DNA of 64,000 nucleotides from Nageia nagi. Its lineage: Eukaryota > Plantae > Pinophyta. Of this stretch, positions 13,040 through 27,127 are shown one piece after another. Every line of letters begins with the position of its first letter. Within the stretch, counting starts at the first letter, position 1. Where the stretch lies: contig JBITNC010000001.1 of NCBI GenBank assembly GCA_050084985.1, positions 201,996,001 through 202,060,000 of the forward strand, read 5' to 3'. The notes under the pieces are model-generated. The model was not told the DNA's origin and did no database searches. It saw only the letters and a program-made list of their open reading frames with translations. Both the position numbers and the translations under genes were made by a program.

Positions 13040-16000
13040 CCCACCAGTCTCTTATCAATTATTTATGGATGATACCTTAATTTTAATCAAATATTCTATT
13101 CCCCAAGATCATTTGGTTAAGAAAATTTTAGACTTATATGAAGGGATCGTAGGTGAAAGGATTAATTTTGAAAAAAGTAAATTATTCTTTCTAAATACAT
13201 GGATGATGGTCAAACAAAGAGTGGAAAATATCTTTTAGTGTGCTAAAGTAGATTTTCCAACCCCTATCTTGTAATATACCATTCTAATTATTGAATATTT
13301 CTCTAATAAATTAGCAGGTTGGAAGGGTGTTCTACTGAGGTAAGTGGGAAAAATTCAATTGATCAAATCAATTTTACAAATTTTATCGATTTCTTATATG
13401 TTTGTCTTTAATATGCTAGTGAAGATGTAAGAAAAGTTAATACAAATTCAAAGAGACTTCCTTTAGACTAGCACTAAGGATAAAAAAAGGATGGATTTGG
13501 TGGCTTGGAAGAGGATCTACTTACCCTTCAAATAAGGTGGTATGCATATTAGAAACCTCAAAAAGATGAATCTTGTTCTTATGGGGAAGGTAGGTTGGAA
13601 GGTGGAAACCAATGTGAACTTTACTTGGGTTAAGCTTTTCAAAGCTAAATACCTCCCTAATTTTTCATTTTTAAAAGAGGTAAACCCAAGGGTAGGTATA
13701 CCTTCTGGAATGGTCTAAAATGCACTAAGGTCTTCCTTAAAAATCATAAGTGTTGGATAATCAGTCATGAAAGTAGAGTTCACTTTTGGAAGAAAAATTG
13801 TTATTGAAGATCCCACTCTGGGAGCATGAGGATGTAGTTATTTTGATGAAAAATCTTATTCATAAATATGGAATGAGGGTTTCTAATTATATTTCTCAAG
13901 AGTAGAATTCCTAGAAGTTATTAACTTTGAGTTGTCCCACAGACTCTCAAAAGTAGGATTTGGCTACTTTGAATAAGATGTTAAAAGTTTATGCCCACTC
14001 TATAAAGAAGGAGGTCTCTTTTATTTTGGGATGGGAGAAAAAAGGTTTCCTTTCAGTCAAGTTAGCCTATAAGATCTTGGATGTGGGCTTGCCTCTTTGG
14101 AATTTGGCACATAAGGTTTGGGTTAAGAATCTCATTCCCTAAATTATTATTTTTTATTTGGGTGGTAAGCTAAAATATATTTCTTACTGTGGCCAACTTA
14201 AGATTAAGAATCTCATTCCCTAAATTAGTTTTTTAATTTGGGTGGTAAGCCAAAATATATTTCTTACTATGGACAACTTAAGAAGGAGGAGCTTTAGTAT
14301 ACTTAACAAATGTATTTTGTGCCTAAATAAAGAGGAAATAGTGAATCATTTGTTGCTCCATTATGATTATATTGAGGAAATCTTTCACTTTTTTTTGCAA
14401 TAGTTCCAAATGAATTAGGTGATTCCAATGATGGTTAAGGATTTGTTATGTCAATGGGAGAATCCCTTATTCAACACTATACTCAAAATATTATGGCACC
14501 TTAGTGTTCCTCATATTTGGTAGGGAGTCTAGAAAGAAAAGAATCATTGAATATTTTATGATATTAGTCTCCTAGCTTATCACACTTATCTAAGAATTAC
14601 TCATTTCATAAAGGAAAACTTATCTGTTTAAACCCAAGATAGTGTGGGAATCTCCTGTGGAGGCTTAGATACTCATCAATTAGGGGATAAAAAGGAGAAT
14701 TGATCTAATCATTCAACATCCAAGAAAGAAAGCTTATTGGATTCATCCTCCTATAGATTGATTATCTGTAAACTTCAATGGGTCCTCAAAAGATAACCCA
14801 GGCCCTGCAAGTGCGATGAGAGCAATGGGAGATCAAGTGCATAGAATTTAATTAATTATGGTTGAACCTCTAGGTTGTTAAATGAGTCATTTTATTAAAA
14901 GTTGTATAACCTTCATTAGTTTAACTATGCTAAGTAGGTTGAACTGCAATAATCTTGATTATAAATAAGAATTATCTTAACATAGTTAACATGAAGAGTA
15001 TAGATGAATAATTGATGGGATTCAAAATGTGATTATCCAACATAATTATAAAGAGGCCACCAACTTTATAGATTTGATTGCAAATGAGTTCATGGGTATG
15101 GTGGATTTGATGATCTAGAAAAATAATTCCCCAAATGATTCTTAGTTTTGGTGAGGGAGGATGGGCGTGAAGGTTATGGAAGGGTCTAAGTTTAAAAGTA
15201 ACCATTTGAATTCAAATTAGATTGAAATGTTCGATTCTAATTTTAGCAGCAGGGAAGTTTGGATGGCAGGAATTTTTAAAAATTCTTTGCTCACTCATAA
15301 GCATATGTGGTATTTTTGCATGATCAGGGGGAGTTATTTTTCAATGTATATGAATTAACACTATGTGAAAAGGAGTTGGAGTTCTAAGGTCCTTGGATTT
15401 TTCTATATTAGAATTTGGGATATCGAGATGCTTTCGAACTTGTATGAGAGGCCAACTAGAGGGGAATCTTTCCATGTGGCACCTGAATATGGGCTTGGGA
15501 AGCTTCACATGATATGATAATGCTGAGTTAGATAGGTTGGATTTTCCCTTGTCACTTAACATTGGATGGGACTGACACTAGCATCACCACACCTAGTTGC
15601 ATTAGGTTCACCTTCAAACTAACTTTATAGATGATGATGGTTGATCATAGTACATGTGGCCACCATTGAAAGGTTAAGGGGAAGGTTTTCTCTCCTTAGA
15701 GTTTGGACATCATTATAGGTCAACTGAGTAAAAAGTATTTTCATTCACAGATGTTAGGCACTCTACAATACTAGGTCAAGGTGTTAGTATCTTTATTTTT
15801 AGTTTGGTACTTGAGAAGGTTCTCCAAAAAATAACCTAGTTTCTTGAGAAGAAGTATTTTATGCTTGGTAATTTTTGGCTCTATTATTATATTATAGAAC
15901 CCAAGAGAAAATAAGATGCAAAGGGTTCTAAGTTCATGTTGGAACTGAGGAGGCTCAAGGTTACCCCTACGATTTGGGTGATTATGGAATTAGGAGGTTT

Positions 16001-17354
16001 ACTTGATTTTCTTCAAAAAATTGATGCCCATAATGAAGACATCACCAAGAAATTCTTGGAGAGTTACCAAGGGCATTCATATAAGGTGTATGACATAACT
16101 TTTTAAGTTAATCAGAAACTACTTTTAGAGGTGATGGGGCTCATAATTTTGGGGGAGGATAGCCATCAAGATAACCATAGCTTAAAGAGTGAGTTGATTA
16201 AGTTTTTCAAAGGAGGTCCAAAGCTCCCATAAGAGAAGTAAGGGGTGGTGGCACGATCATTTTTATTGAAGCCTTGGTCGAAGGTTGCTCTCACTATTAT
16301 GCAATTCATCATCTTTAACATTACAAATGTTTAGGTTTGTAATTTTTATTTTGGTTCCCTAAATTACTAATCAAAATGAATATTCCAACATTTTTGTATG
16401 TAGATCTTGATAAGGCTACAAAGGACTTTCAAAAGAGTAAGGGTAGCAACCTAAACCACCAAGGCTTGATTTTAATGATGTTCAAACATATTATGGTCTA
16501 GATGGGTGTTTCTAAAATGTTTAACTGGGTGGATCCTAAAAGAATCTCCTTTGTGGGGATTGTAGAAGGTAAACCTATTGGTAGTAATGAGAAGAAGCAT
16601 CATATTAATTTTAATGATGAGGATTGGCAATTGCAATGGTTGAGGTGGGTTGAAGTATTATCTGACCCAAAAGGAGAGGAAAGGTGCTAGTTATGTGAAA
16701 GATTATAATGTGGAGATCGACCCTAATGTTATGGAGGTCATAGAAAAGAATTTAAAACCCTTATATATCAAATAATAAGCTTAGGAAGATCAACCTTTAT
16801 TGGTGGAAGGTTGATTGGAGGGGATTTGTGAGATGTTGGTTATGGAGGAGAAGTGCCCTTTGCTAGAAGTTCCCTTATAAATACTAACACATAAAGAAAA
16901 GGACATGGAGGATTCTAGACACATTCCAAAGGTTTCTATGGAGGCCCACTGTAGTCATAATAGGAGCAATAGTATACTGGGGATGATTCAAGCAACCCTG
17001 ATTATGGTGAAGGTATTTGAGAAAGTCCTTCATATGATGGAAGCCAAAGCCATCAAGAAACTTTAATAGTGGAATTTATTCATGCTATTGTGGTTTGGGT
17101 TTGGTTTTATGTATGTTTCAAGTTTACCATGGGGGTACTTAGTTTGTTATGTTATCTTATGATAGCAATAGTAGTATAACTTTTTGTAATGGAGGATTAT
17201 TAGTATTATGTTATAAACATCTTTCTTCCATGTAAGGATTTTTTTTATAGTCCCAATCCATTCTTTATATTAAGCTTAAATGCTTATTTTTTGGGACATT
17301 GTAAATGGTTAGGATTCCATGAAACATTCATCCTCTAATATTATTGAAAAAAAA
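13040..17354 (+). mobile_element. 5'-truncated decayed L1-type LINE: end of RT, zf-RVT, RNase H, extra 3' ORF and A-tail
   Basis: FMDDTLI (RT motif), KLAGWKG, MDNLRRR..NKCILCLNKEEIVNHLLLH (zf-RVT), SVNFNGSSKDNPGPA (RNase H), a downstream degenerate ORF (~15930-17065) and an A-run at 17347-17354. Internal 77-bp tandem duplication near 14125-14280. Confidence 0.75.
15930..17065 (+). pseudogene. Degenerate extra ORF downstream of LINE ORF2
   Basis: Pieces GGLLDFLQKIDAHNEDITKKFLESY, LKPWSKVALTIMQF, KMNIPTFLY and NHQGLILMMF are homologous to minus-strand 49255-49540. Confidence 0.6.
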
Positions 17355-18316
17355 TGTTATAGGGAACGTCAAATTACAAGCCCTTTAGGCCTTGTGATCA
17401 ATCAAGAAGGGTGAAACCTTAACAAGAGAGTAGACACTCTAATCCTCAACAAAAAGAATGGTAAAATAAGATATATGAATATTATTCAAATGATGTGCAA
17501 ATTCATATGATAATACAAGAATTAAATTATTATTGATAAGATAAGATAAAATATTGACAAGATCTATGATAAAGATCAAATATATGTGACAAACAAGACT
17601 ATGTGCAACTATGGAAAAAGTATGTAAATGCTAATAGATAACTTAGCTTAAACAAGAGTAGATTTAATATAATTTAAGCTAAAGAATGATAAACAATGTT
17701 CAAACCCTAAGGTTATACCTTAAAGGTCAAAATCATAGGTTGAAACCCTAGCTAAATGTATTAGCTTAAATGCCTATATGCCACATAATTAAACAACTAT
17801 ACAAGTCTAAAGGTGGATATGGTTGATGAAGATCCAAAATGATAACTCAGGTTTGTCAAAACCCCAACAAATCCATAATTAGCTCAAAGCAATCTTCAAT
17901 GGAAAAATAGTACCTCAATCCATCATTAAGGATGAGCTCTTGATGCATTAATGATGTTTGATGAAGAATAATGATGTAACCCTAATAAATAGTTCTTCAA
18001 AGTTGATATCACAAGTCAAATTTCATGCTTAGAATGCTTATAACTCACAAAATGATAGATCCCATGTCACTTATTTATATAAGACACAATTAGGATCATA
18101 TAGATGACTATGAGTCTATAGGATCATATGGATGATTAGCAAATCATCTATACTAGTGGGATCTAATGTAAAAATTATCAAAATATTATCAATCTAACCT
18201 ACAAGAAATGATGCATCACATGTTAGTTCGACATATCTTGATATGATAATATAAGTATCATAAAAGCCTATATAACACCATTGTAAGGTAAAAAATACTA
18301 TTTTAGGGTGTTTACA
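17355..18316 (-). repeat. Possible solo LTR
   Basis: TG...CA termini. The minus strand starts TGTAAACACCCTAAAA, like other LTR starts here, with minus-strand TATAAATA near 18075. No TSD found. Confidence 0.4.
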
Positions 18317-18319
18317 CCT

Positions 18320-19000
18320 TTATTATTTATTTTTTGATAACAATGGTAAATTATATTATTAAAAAGTGGTGGTTTTAATAGGGTCCCTTAAACCTATCAC
18401 AAAAATGATTTCAACATTAAACCAACTACCCAACTATACTTGTTGGTATCCAAAATATTGTAATAACTAATTTCAAATATAGCAAAAAAAAAACTAAAAC
18501 TTACTAATATCAATAACCAAACACTACATAGATCCAAGTACTCCATGAAATAACAACCAAAAAAGAGGTCTATCTATCGTATATTTTATAACTTCTACTT
18601 AATGGTTATCTTCACCTAACCAACCTTTGCAACTAGATCTTCCTTATTCTCAATCCTTCTTCTCTTATTCCTTTTTGTCACAAAACTCATCCTTATCATT
18701 TTTGGAGGCATCGGTACCAACATCAAGTACAAACCCCTATCAACTTACCAAGCCAAAGGGAAGGCATCCATAGGTTTTACAATCCCTTACAAACTTAAAT
18801 CCTTATGCTCCTCAATTTTTGAGAAGTACTTCCTTTGATCCATAGTTTATGCCCTACACTAGATAGACCTTTTCATCCTTCTCATTGAAACCCTCCTAAT
18901 TACATCCTCCATAGACTTAGTGATCTCCCTATTCCCTTAGTATTTATTATGGCATATAAATTTTGATAATTGGCATAAGGTTATTAAAATATACAAAGAA
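18320..19000 (-). mobile_element. LINE 3'-end fragment
   Basis: T-rich tail on the plus strand followed by a GGTTT..GGG.CCC..AAACC-type 3' motif like the tails at 17300, 40524 and 43297. Confidence 0.45.
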
Positions 19001-20225
19001 ATCTACATTTGAGTATCCTTATAAGCAATAGGCTTCAAGTGATTACATATCATCTTATTATTTCTTCAATGTTTTCACTGATGAAAAATATAAATAATAT
19101 TTTTATTAAGGAATTTAAATCATAAAATTTAATAATATAACCCTTATTTATACTATAAGTTGATAACAACATATATTAATGTAAGCTTACAAGGCAACAA
19201 AAGTCAAACAAGTCTTATTACCCCTTATTTATTCAAGTTCGCTTAAAAGAATAATCAACAATAAAAAAATTAGAGGAATCTTTTCATTAATGTTTGGAAA
19301 TATTTTTTTTTTTAACTACTACCAACCTCTTTTTTATTACAAAATAAGATATGTTTATAAAGGAAAATATGGTTACCTTCACATAGTTATAGTTGATTTG
19401 CAAAAGTTGTATTTTTTTGAAAATAATTCATAACCACATAACAATAAAATTTAAGGGGACCATTAGTAACCCCTATCTCTTATTCAAGTTGATCCATGAA
19501 TTATTAAACCAAGATAACCAAAACAAGCTTGGAAACTTCATTACACAACTTAATTATGTGATAAATAATCATTTAAATACTCAATTGATATATATATTTT
19601 CTTCTCAACAAACTTTTATACATCTTATAAACCAATGGGTTTAAAAGGATGCTAAATGACTTATCTATATATTTATGAGCTCATGTCCTACCTTTCTCTT
19701 GGGTTGATATTTAGTTTCATATGTGTTTCTTATATTCTTTCTTATTTATGGACATGTATTAAAACATTTTGGATTATGGATTTCATATCTTATATCTAGA
19801 TTTAACCCACCAATTTAGAAAAATGCCCTAAGCTAGGGTCCCAAGTTTCATATCCTTAAAAAAATATTAAATTAATGATATTTAACAAATGAGCACATAT
19901 ATGTATGTCCTCAAAATGCATAGGGAAAACTTACCATTAAATATAAAAAAAGGAGGCATATACTTCAAAATTTCCCAATAGAACAACATACTTAAGATTT
20001 AGATAAATCAAACCAAAATGTAAGTGTAGGATGTAGTGAACTCAATATGCCCTTGTTATAGATTTAAATTGAAACATCGAAATAAATTGTGTTGAGATCT
20101 TGAATACTATCATTTTATTTTTTTCAATATTGGAAACAATCTAACAAAGTTTAAAAAGTGAAAAAGAGAACTTAATTATCTTTTTTAGCTCTCAAGAAAA
20201 TTTCCTAGAATATGTAGATCATCAT

Positions 20226-21598
20226 CAATGAGTAATATAGTAAGAAGGACATGATTTAATAAACAACCATAATTTGCAAGAGTGTTTTGATAAATGATTT
20301 TTTCAAGCTCATAAAGATAGATCCAAAAGGTATGGGAGAGAAGGGCACCCTTTTAAGTACATTAACACTCAATCTATCAGAAAATCCAACATTAATTATG
20401 ACACAACCAACAAGTAACTCATTAGTTGCATGATAATAATGGTGAAAGGTGAGATATGAATGTCTAGAATTTTTTAAAATATCAATTTCATATTCCTTCA
20501 TAAAGTCTATAAAATATCAAAAGACCCAAAACATTCACAAACCTACTAAATAATAACTTGAAAATTAATGATGTGAATGTTTAATAATCATTCTTACACC
20601 ATTTCCTAGTTGTCATGGATATTTTTTTTATTCTAGATTATATTATAACATTTGGAATGGATAGAATACTAAATTGAACCATATAATCTATAAAACTAAA
20701 TTAAATCATATAATCTATAAAACTAAATTTAATTATATAATCTAGAAAACTAAACTAATTCATATAATCTCATAATAATTTTAAAGGAATGAATGTCAAT
20801 ATCATTTTATATATAAGTAATAAGTCTCCATTTTCCTTCAATATCTAAGAAGAAACTCTTATTTGATCTATTATATTTCAAAAATATGTCGATACTCACT
20901 ACCATGTTTAGTTTTCCACATCTTTCCTATTTGTAAAATTTCTTTCCAACTCTCTCCTAAAATTACTAAAATGTTTATGGAGATAGGTATGGTTGAGAAA
21001 ATATGTGTTCTTACATGTACATTTTTTTTCTAAATGTTTGTAGGGAAATGTAATTTAATAAGCTATCTATTCTCATCAAGAGTGATGTCCATGCTTTATA
21101 AGAATCATATAATATGTTTTTTGTGTAGGGTTTTCTTGATCTTATTATTCAATTTTTAATGTTGTTATTGGTTTTCAAAGTAACTACATATGTTTTATCT
21201 TTATTTATTTTTAATTAAATGCATGAGGAGGATACAAAAGAGTGACTAATAATATTAATTTGATGCAATATCATTTGAATTCTATACTTGTGTCTTACTA
21301 GCAATGGATATACGAAAATATGAATTGAGAGACCAATTTCATAAACAGATGCCCCATGGCTTGCTTCGATAATGAATGAGAAAGAGGCAAACTGAATCGA
21401 GCCACATTTGGCCCTTTCTATTCTTTTAGATAAAATTTTTTGTAAAAAATAAATATCCATAAAATTATAAAATGAGAATGGATATTTAATATGGAACTAA
21501 AATAAATAAGTAGATGAAATTGAAGTATAATAATAACTAAATTAACTAAAGAGGATAATTGCACCCTTAATTTTATGTTCAAATTATTTTGGTGCATT
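20226..21598. repeat. Tandem duplication, unit 1 (~1.37 kb)
   Basis: CAATGAGTAATATAGTAAGAAGGACATGA... recurs at 21599 and is collinear throughout. Confidence 0.9.
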
Positions 21599-23141
21599 CA
21601 ATGAGTAATATATTAAGAAGGACATGATATAATAAATAACCATACTTTGCAAGAGTGTGTTGATAAATGAAGTTTTCAATCTCATCCAAGTAGATTCCAA
21701 AACGGATGAGAGAATAAGGGAATCCTTTTAAGTTCAATAGTACTCAATCTAACAAAAAATCCAACACCAATTCAATTATGACCAACAAGTACCTCATTAG
21801 TTGCATTATAATGATAGCAAGAAGTTAAGAGATGTTAATGTTTATTAGTCTTTAAAATAACAATATCACATACCTTCATAAAGCCTACAAAATAACCAAA
21901 GACATTAAACATACACAAGCATACTAAATAATAACTTGAAGATTAATGATGTGAATGTTTAATAATCATTCTTACATCATTTTTTAGTCCCCTTAGACAC
22001 TTTTTATTCTAGATTACATTATATCATATAGAATGAATAGAAAACTAAATTGAATCATATAATCTAGAAAACTAAATCAAATCTTATAATCTAGAAAACT
22101 AAATCAACTCATGTAATCTCCTACTATTTTTAAAGGGATGAATGTGCATGTCATTTAATATATAAGAAATAGTTATCCATTTACCTTCAATATCTAAGAA
22201 TAAACTCTTATTTGATCTAAAACATGTCAGTACTCACTACCATGTTTAGTTTTCTACATCTTTCATATCTATAAAATGTTTTTCCATGTCTCTCCTAAAT
22301 TAACTAATATGTTTATGGAGTTAGGTATGGTTAAGAAAATATGTGTTCTCATTCCTACCTTTCTTTTCTAAATGTTTGGAGGGAAATTTGATTGAAGAAA
22401 CTATTTATTATCATCGAGTTTGATGTCCATGCTTTATAAAAATTATATATTTTATTTTTTATGTAAGGTTCTCATGATCTTATCATTCAATTGTCAATGT
22501 TTCTATTTTTTGTATACTTTCTAAATTAGTTGTCAAAGTAACTCCATATATTTTATCTTTGCTTATTTTCAATTAAATCCAAGAGGAGAAAAAAAAGTGA
22601 TGTAATATCTTCCAAATATGAAGATAATGAATTTTTGAAAATTTGTTGGCATGGATATGCATGTGTTGTATTGGTTGAATAACAAACTATAAAAACTCCC
22701 AAGATAGTTGAGACTCGTACGCTATTGTGGTTAGGGTTTCTAGGGGAATTGATAAAGCTATAGCTCTTAAGTGAGGTGAAGTGGGTTGAAAGGTATATAG
22801 AATCATTTTAAATTTATCTAAGATAATCATTTAAGGTTTGATCTAGAGTAATAAACTAGATCCTTTAAACAAATAATAACAATTTGATGCAATGTCATTT
22901 GAATCCCAAGCTCCTTACTAATAATAACACATTTGAGTAAATAATTTAAACAAATAATACCAATTTAATGTAATTTAATTTGAATTATATATTTCTAGCT
23001 TGTTGGAGATGGATATAGGAAAATACGAATTGAGAGATCAATTTTGCAAAAAGATGCCCCATGGATCACTCTAATAGTGAATGACAAATTGACAAACTTA
23101 ACTGAACCCCATTTGGCCCTTTTTATTCTTGTAGAGATATT

Positions 23142-23869
23142 TGTAGATGCCTAAAATTGATTTATTATTTATTTAATAAATCATATTTAGACTCATTCAA
23201 TGATTAAATGGTAATAATGCATAAATCGAGATAAAGTGCTATTATATTGCAATACCATGTGTTAGGACTAATGTAGTATCATATACCATGGGTTATTTTA
23301 AATTAACTTGAATATTGAAAATATTATTGTTATTGCTATGTGTCAACTTTCACTCCTTTCTATTTCCTTGTAGGTTATAAATATTGGAGGTGAAGGTTGA
23401 CATCCCTATCGGATCTCTCTCATAGGTGGTTGTACCAAACATCAAACTTATGGTGCCTATTGATGCCACCTATCTTTAGAACTTATTATAATCTCTAAGA
23501 TCTGTAATATCTTTATTGCATTCAATAGAAAACATCAAGTTCCATGTATCCAATGATGTGTTAGTCCCACATAGCCAACAACATGCAACTTTTAAATCAG
23601 GAGGTCTAGATTTCATAGAGCGACTCATGAAACCATTTTGGTGAATATTTGTTGCGAGCTCATCTAAAGTCTGATCATAATCCTCTAGAGATTCATTATT
23701 GTTCCACTTTAAGGGTTGTACATAAACTAAATATAGGCACACTCTATATCAGGTTTATATGTTTCATGTATATTTATTATAATCTAATATAGAGCATATT
23801 ATCATTGTATTTGTAGACCATTTATTTATTTGTGCATTTATTCATTAATTACACATTTTTGGGTCTACA
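23142..23869 (+). repeat. 5' LTR (728 bp)
   Basis: TG...CA with terminal inverted repeat; homologous to 30155-31007. Confidence 0.92.
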
Positions 23870-24181
23870 TTTTGGTGAACTCAACATTCTTAAACACCTA
23901 GGTCTTCACCTAGGGCATCCTTATGAAAAGTCATGAATCCATTTTCACTATCATTCATCCCTTTACCTAAAGCTCTTCAAATAATAGCTTGAGAAAATGA
24001 TAAAACTAGGGTTTGTTCTACCTATGTGCAAAACATGGATTTAAATGTATAAAATTCTAAAGTATCTAAAGGGAAGCTTCATTTCAATGATATCTGGAGA
24101 AGTGTTAGGCATAACCTTGACCTACCTATATAAGAACCTCATACTAATGCTCATAGTGATATTGAATCCATAAGCTCTAAA

Positions 24182-26100
24182 ATGGATATTATTGGTGAAA
24201 CTACTAATAGATTTGTTCTTAATATTGATCAATCTAAATTTGAAAGTGTGAGTTTGAATAGTCATACTAATATTTATGATGAGAGTAATGATGAAATTCG
24301 TGAATTAGATAGAATTCCTACTCATGTTAGATCTATACAGGAAGTGTTATTTGATAGAAAAAGGTTAGAATATTTTCTTACTCATAATGCTAAAATTGTT
24401 ATTGATATTCTAGCAAATTATGAGCTCTTAGAGGAGAACTTTGTAGCTTCAAAATCATAGGATAGCTTATTTTCTTATGAGAATGTAGGATCCATAATAC
24501 GATAGGTTTCTAATGTCACAACGGATGACGTAAATGGTGTTCCAACATGTGAACACGCTGTTGGCGATGTGAATGAAATAAAAAGGGAAACTCCTTTTGA
24601 AGTGAATGATTATGTAACACAACCCTCAAAAAAGGAATTTATTGAGGATAGCACTATGGAAGAAGAAGATGATGGTTATGAACACTTCATCCTAGAACCT
24701 GACAACTTCATAAGAGGTAAGTTTTCTAAAGGTAAGACCATTATACAAGATGATAATCATAATGTTGAGCTTTACAACCAACTTGTAAATATCCTTATTA
24801 ATGCTTGGAAGGGACATCCTGACTGGTCATTATATGAGCATAATATCAAAGTTGAAATCCTTCATGAAATACAAGATATTACCCCTTTTCATTTGGATCC
24901 TTTCGATAAACAAATAGAGTTTCTAGTAAATCTGCTTGATAAAATTGAACATGAAAAGGTGAATAGAATAGGACCATTTACTATTCTTAAAGAAAATGAG
25001 ATTAGAAATGCAAATGTTCCACCTTAAACCCCTCCAATGTTCCTAATCAAATGTCCCATATTGTTACTTCAACTGAGGAATGAATAAAGAAGTTAGCAAT
25101 GGAATTGCTTACTGATGATGAGGATGATTTCTTATTTTGTTTGAAAATTCCATTGATGGATATAACTCTTTCTAAAGTGCTTACTGGAAAAAAGAGTATT
25201 AAATTTACAAACTTTGATGGTTTTCAAGATCCTAAGATGCATGTTAGAAATATTCAAGAAGAAGCTATGGAATTTATGCATGACAAAGATTTGCTCACTA
25301 AATTGTTATTACATAGCTTGAAAGATGATGCATTGAAATGGTATTTTATTCTTCCCAAAAAGATAATTGATAGCTATGAGGATTTGGTTCATCATTTTTT
25401 ACAATATTTCAAATATAACGTTGTTAAAAAGGTTCATTTCAAATATTTTTGCAAAATTAAGCAATTGCCCAATTAATCTATGCATCTATTTGTAAAATTA
25501 TGAAAGCATACTGCTAATTAGATTACTATGCCTAAACAAGATTTGAAAGATATATTTACAAATGCTTTGTTACTTGTATATAATCTATTGGTTATCTCTA
25601 ATCGTGATATGACATTGGGATGAAATGATGGATGTTTTGTTTTAAAAAGAGGCTTGTATTAAAAAGTTGTATGTTATGTGTAATTATAATGCTCCAACAT
25701 ATGATAAGAAAGTTCAAATCCTTAAAAATGGTAAGAAAATTGAATTAAACAATGTTGATCAAAAGAGGAAGGCTAACACAAAACCTAAAAGGACATTTAC
25801 ACCATTGACTAATAATGTTGATAATATCCTTAATTTCTTACTAAAAGAAGATCTTGTTGAGATTCCACCTATTGTTGAGCCTAAATTTCCTAATGTTATG
25901 CCTAAGAATTTTTGATATGAGGAATTTTGCAATTATCATAGCATACCTAGACATATAAAAAGAAATTATAGGACTCTAAGACATATTATCCAAGATTTCA
26001 TTGATAAAAAGGAAATCAAAATGAATGATAATATAATTTTCGATGATGGGCATGTACATTCGGATAATGGTAAACTAGGGGTGTCCATAAATCCCTTACC
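24182..26100 (+). pseudogene. gag: Decayed gag region
   Basis: KFTNFDGFQDPKMHVR, LLLHSLKDDALKWYF, KPKRTFTPL and a CNYH...H zinc-knuckle-like remnant near 25928, broken by stops. Confidence 0.8.
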
Positions 26101-27003
26101 TCCTTCACAACCAAGAGGTTACATTAGAATGGTAAGTACTTCAAATGATTTGAATTATTATTTATTCATAATCATTGATGCATAAATGAAAACTCAAATA
26201 CCAATAGATAAGACATGAAATTCAATGCTGCTAATTATGTGCATCATTATTCACACATCACCCACAACATGGAAAAAGTAAAAGCAAAGGTACCTCTCTT
26301 CGTTCTTGACTCTGCAAAATGTGTCTTGGTTGCCAAAACACCCTAGATACGTAAGATTATTACTTGAAACATGAAAATCCTAACTATAGTGTACATTAGC
26401 TAGGTTATTTATTTACTTGGTCATTGTGAATTGTTGTTCATTGTATACATATACTCATTATCTTTTCAATATCATGAGAAATTATTCTCATATTGTTTCT
26501 TTAGTTTTCCATTCATATGACTAAATTCCATGTTGCTAGTGGCATGTCCTCCTATTTCATGCCATCAACGACATCCTTTTCATAGGACAAATTAAAACCA
26601 ATAACATTTCATTAATGTTCATGACATTTCTGATTCATTGGATTAATAAAAATATAGTTTTCATAGCATTGATAATAAAAAATTCATGTGTGTTTGATAT
26701 GGTTTCAATTGAAACTGTGGGACCTCACTTGTAAGTTAGCTTGTCTATCTTTCTTAATTGAGATTATTCAATGCTTGATCATGGTTACTATGTAACATCA
26801 CATGGATATGAATTAAATGTCATTTTATAGATTCATTAAAACTCATAAAATTGCATGTATTATCTTTTTATGATTCATATTGAACCTTGTACTTTATGCT
26901 TATCATGTTTTATTCAAATATATTGTGCAAATGAAATCTAAACCATTCACAAAATAAATAAAATGTATCAAACACATTTCAACACAAGTTTTGAGCCAAA
27001 ATG

Positions 27004-27008
<5 letters not shown>

Positions 27009-27085
<77 letters not shown>
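27009..27085. repeat. (TA)n microsatellite
   Basis: Pure TA run of about 77 bp. Confidence 0.98.
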
Positions 27086-27087
<2 letters not shown>

Positions 27088-27127
27088 AAATGATAATGTA
27101 TGATATGGGGTGGATCAAAACTAGGGT

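Noticed and set aside
26903-27118. 71-aa ORF with IY repeats
   Set aside because: Translation of the (TA)n microsatellite.
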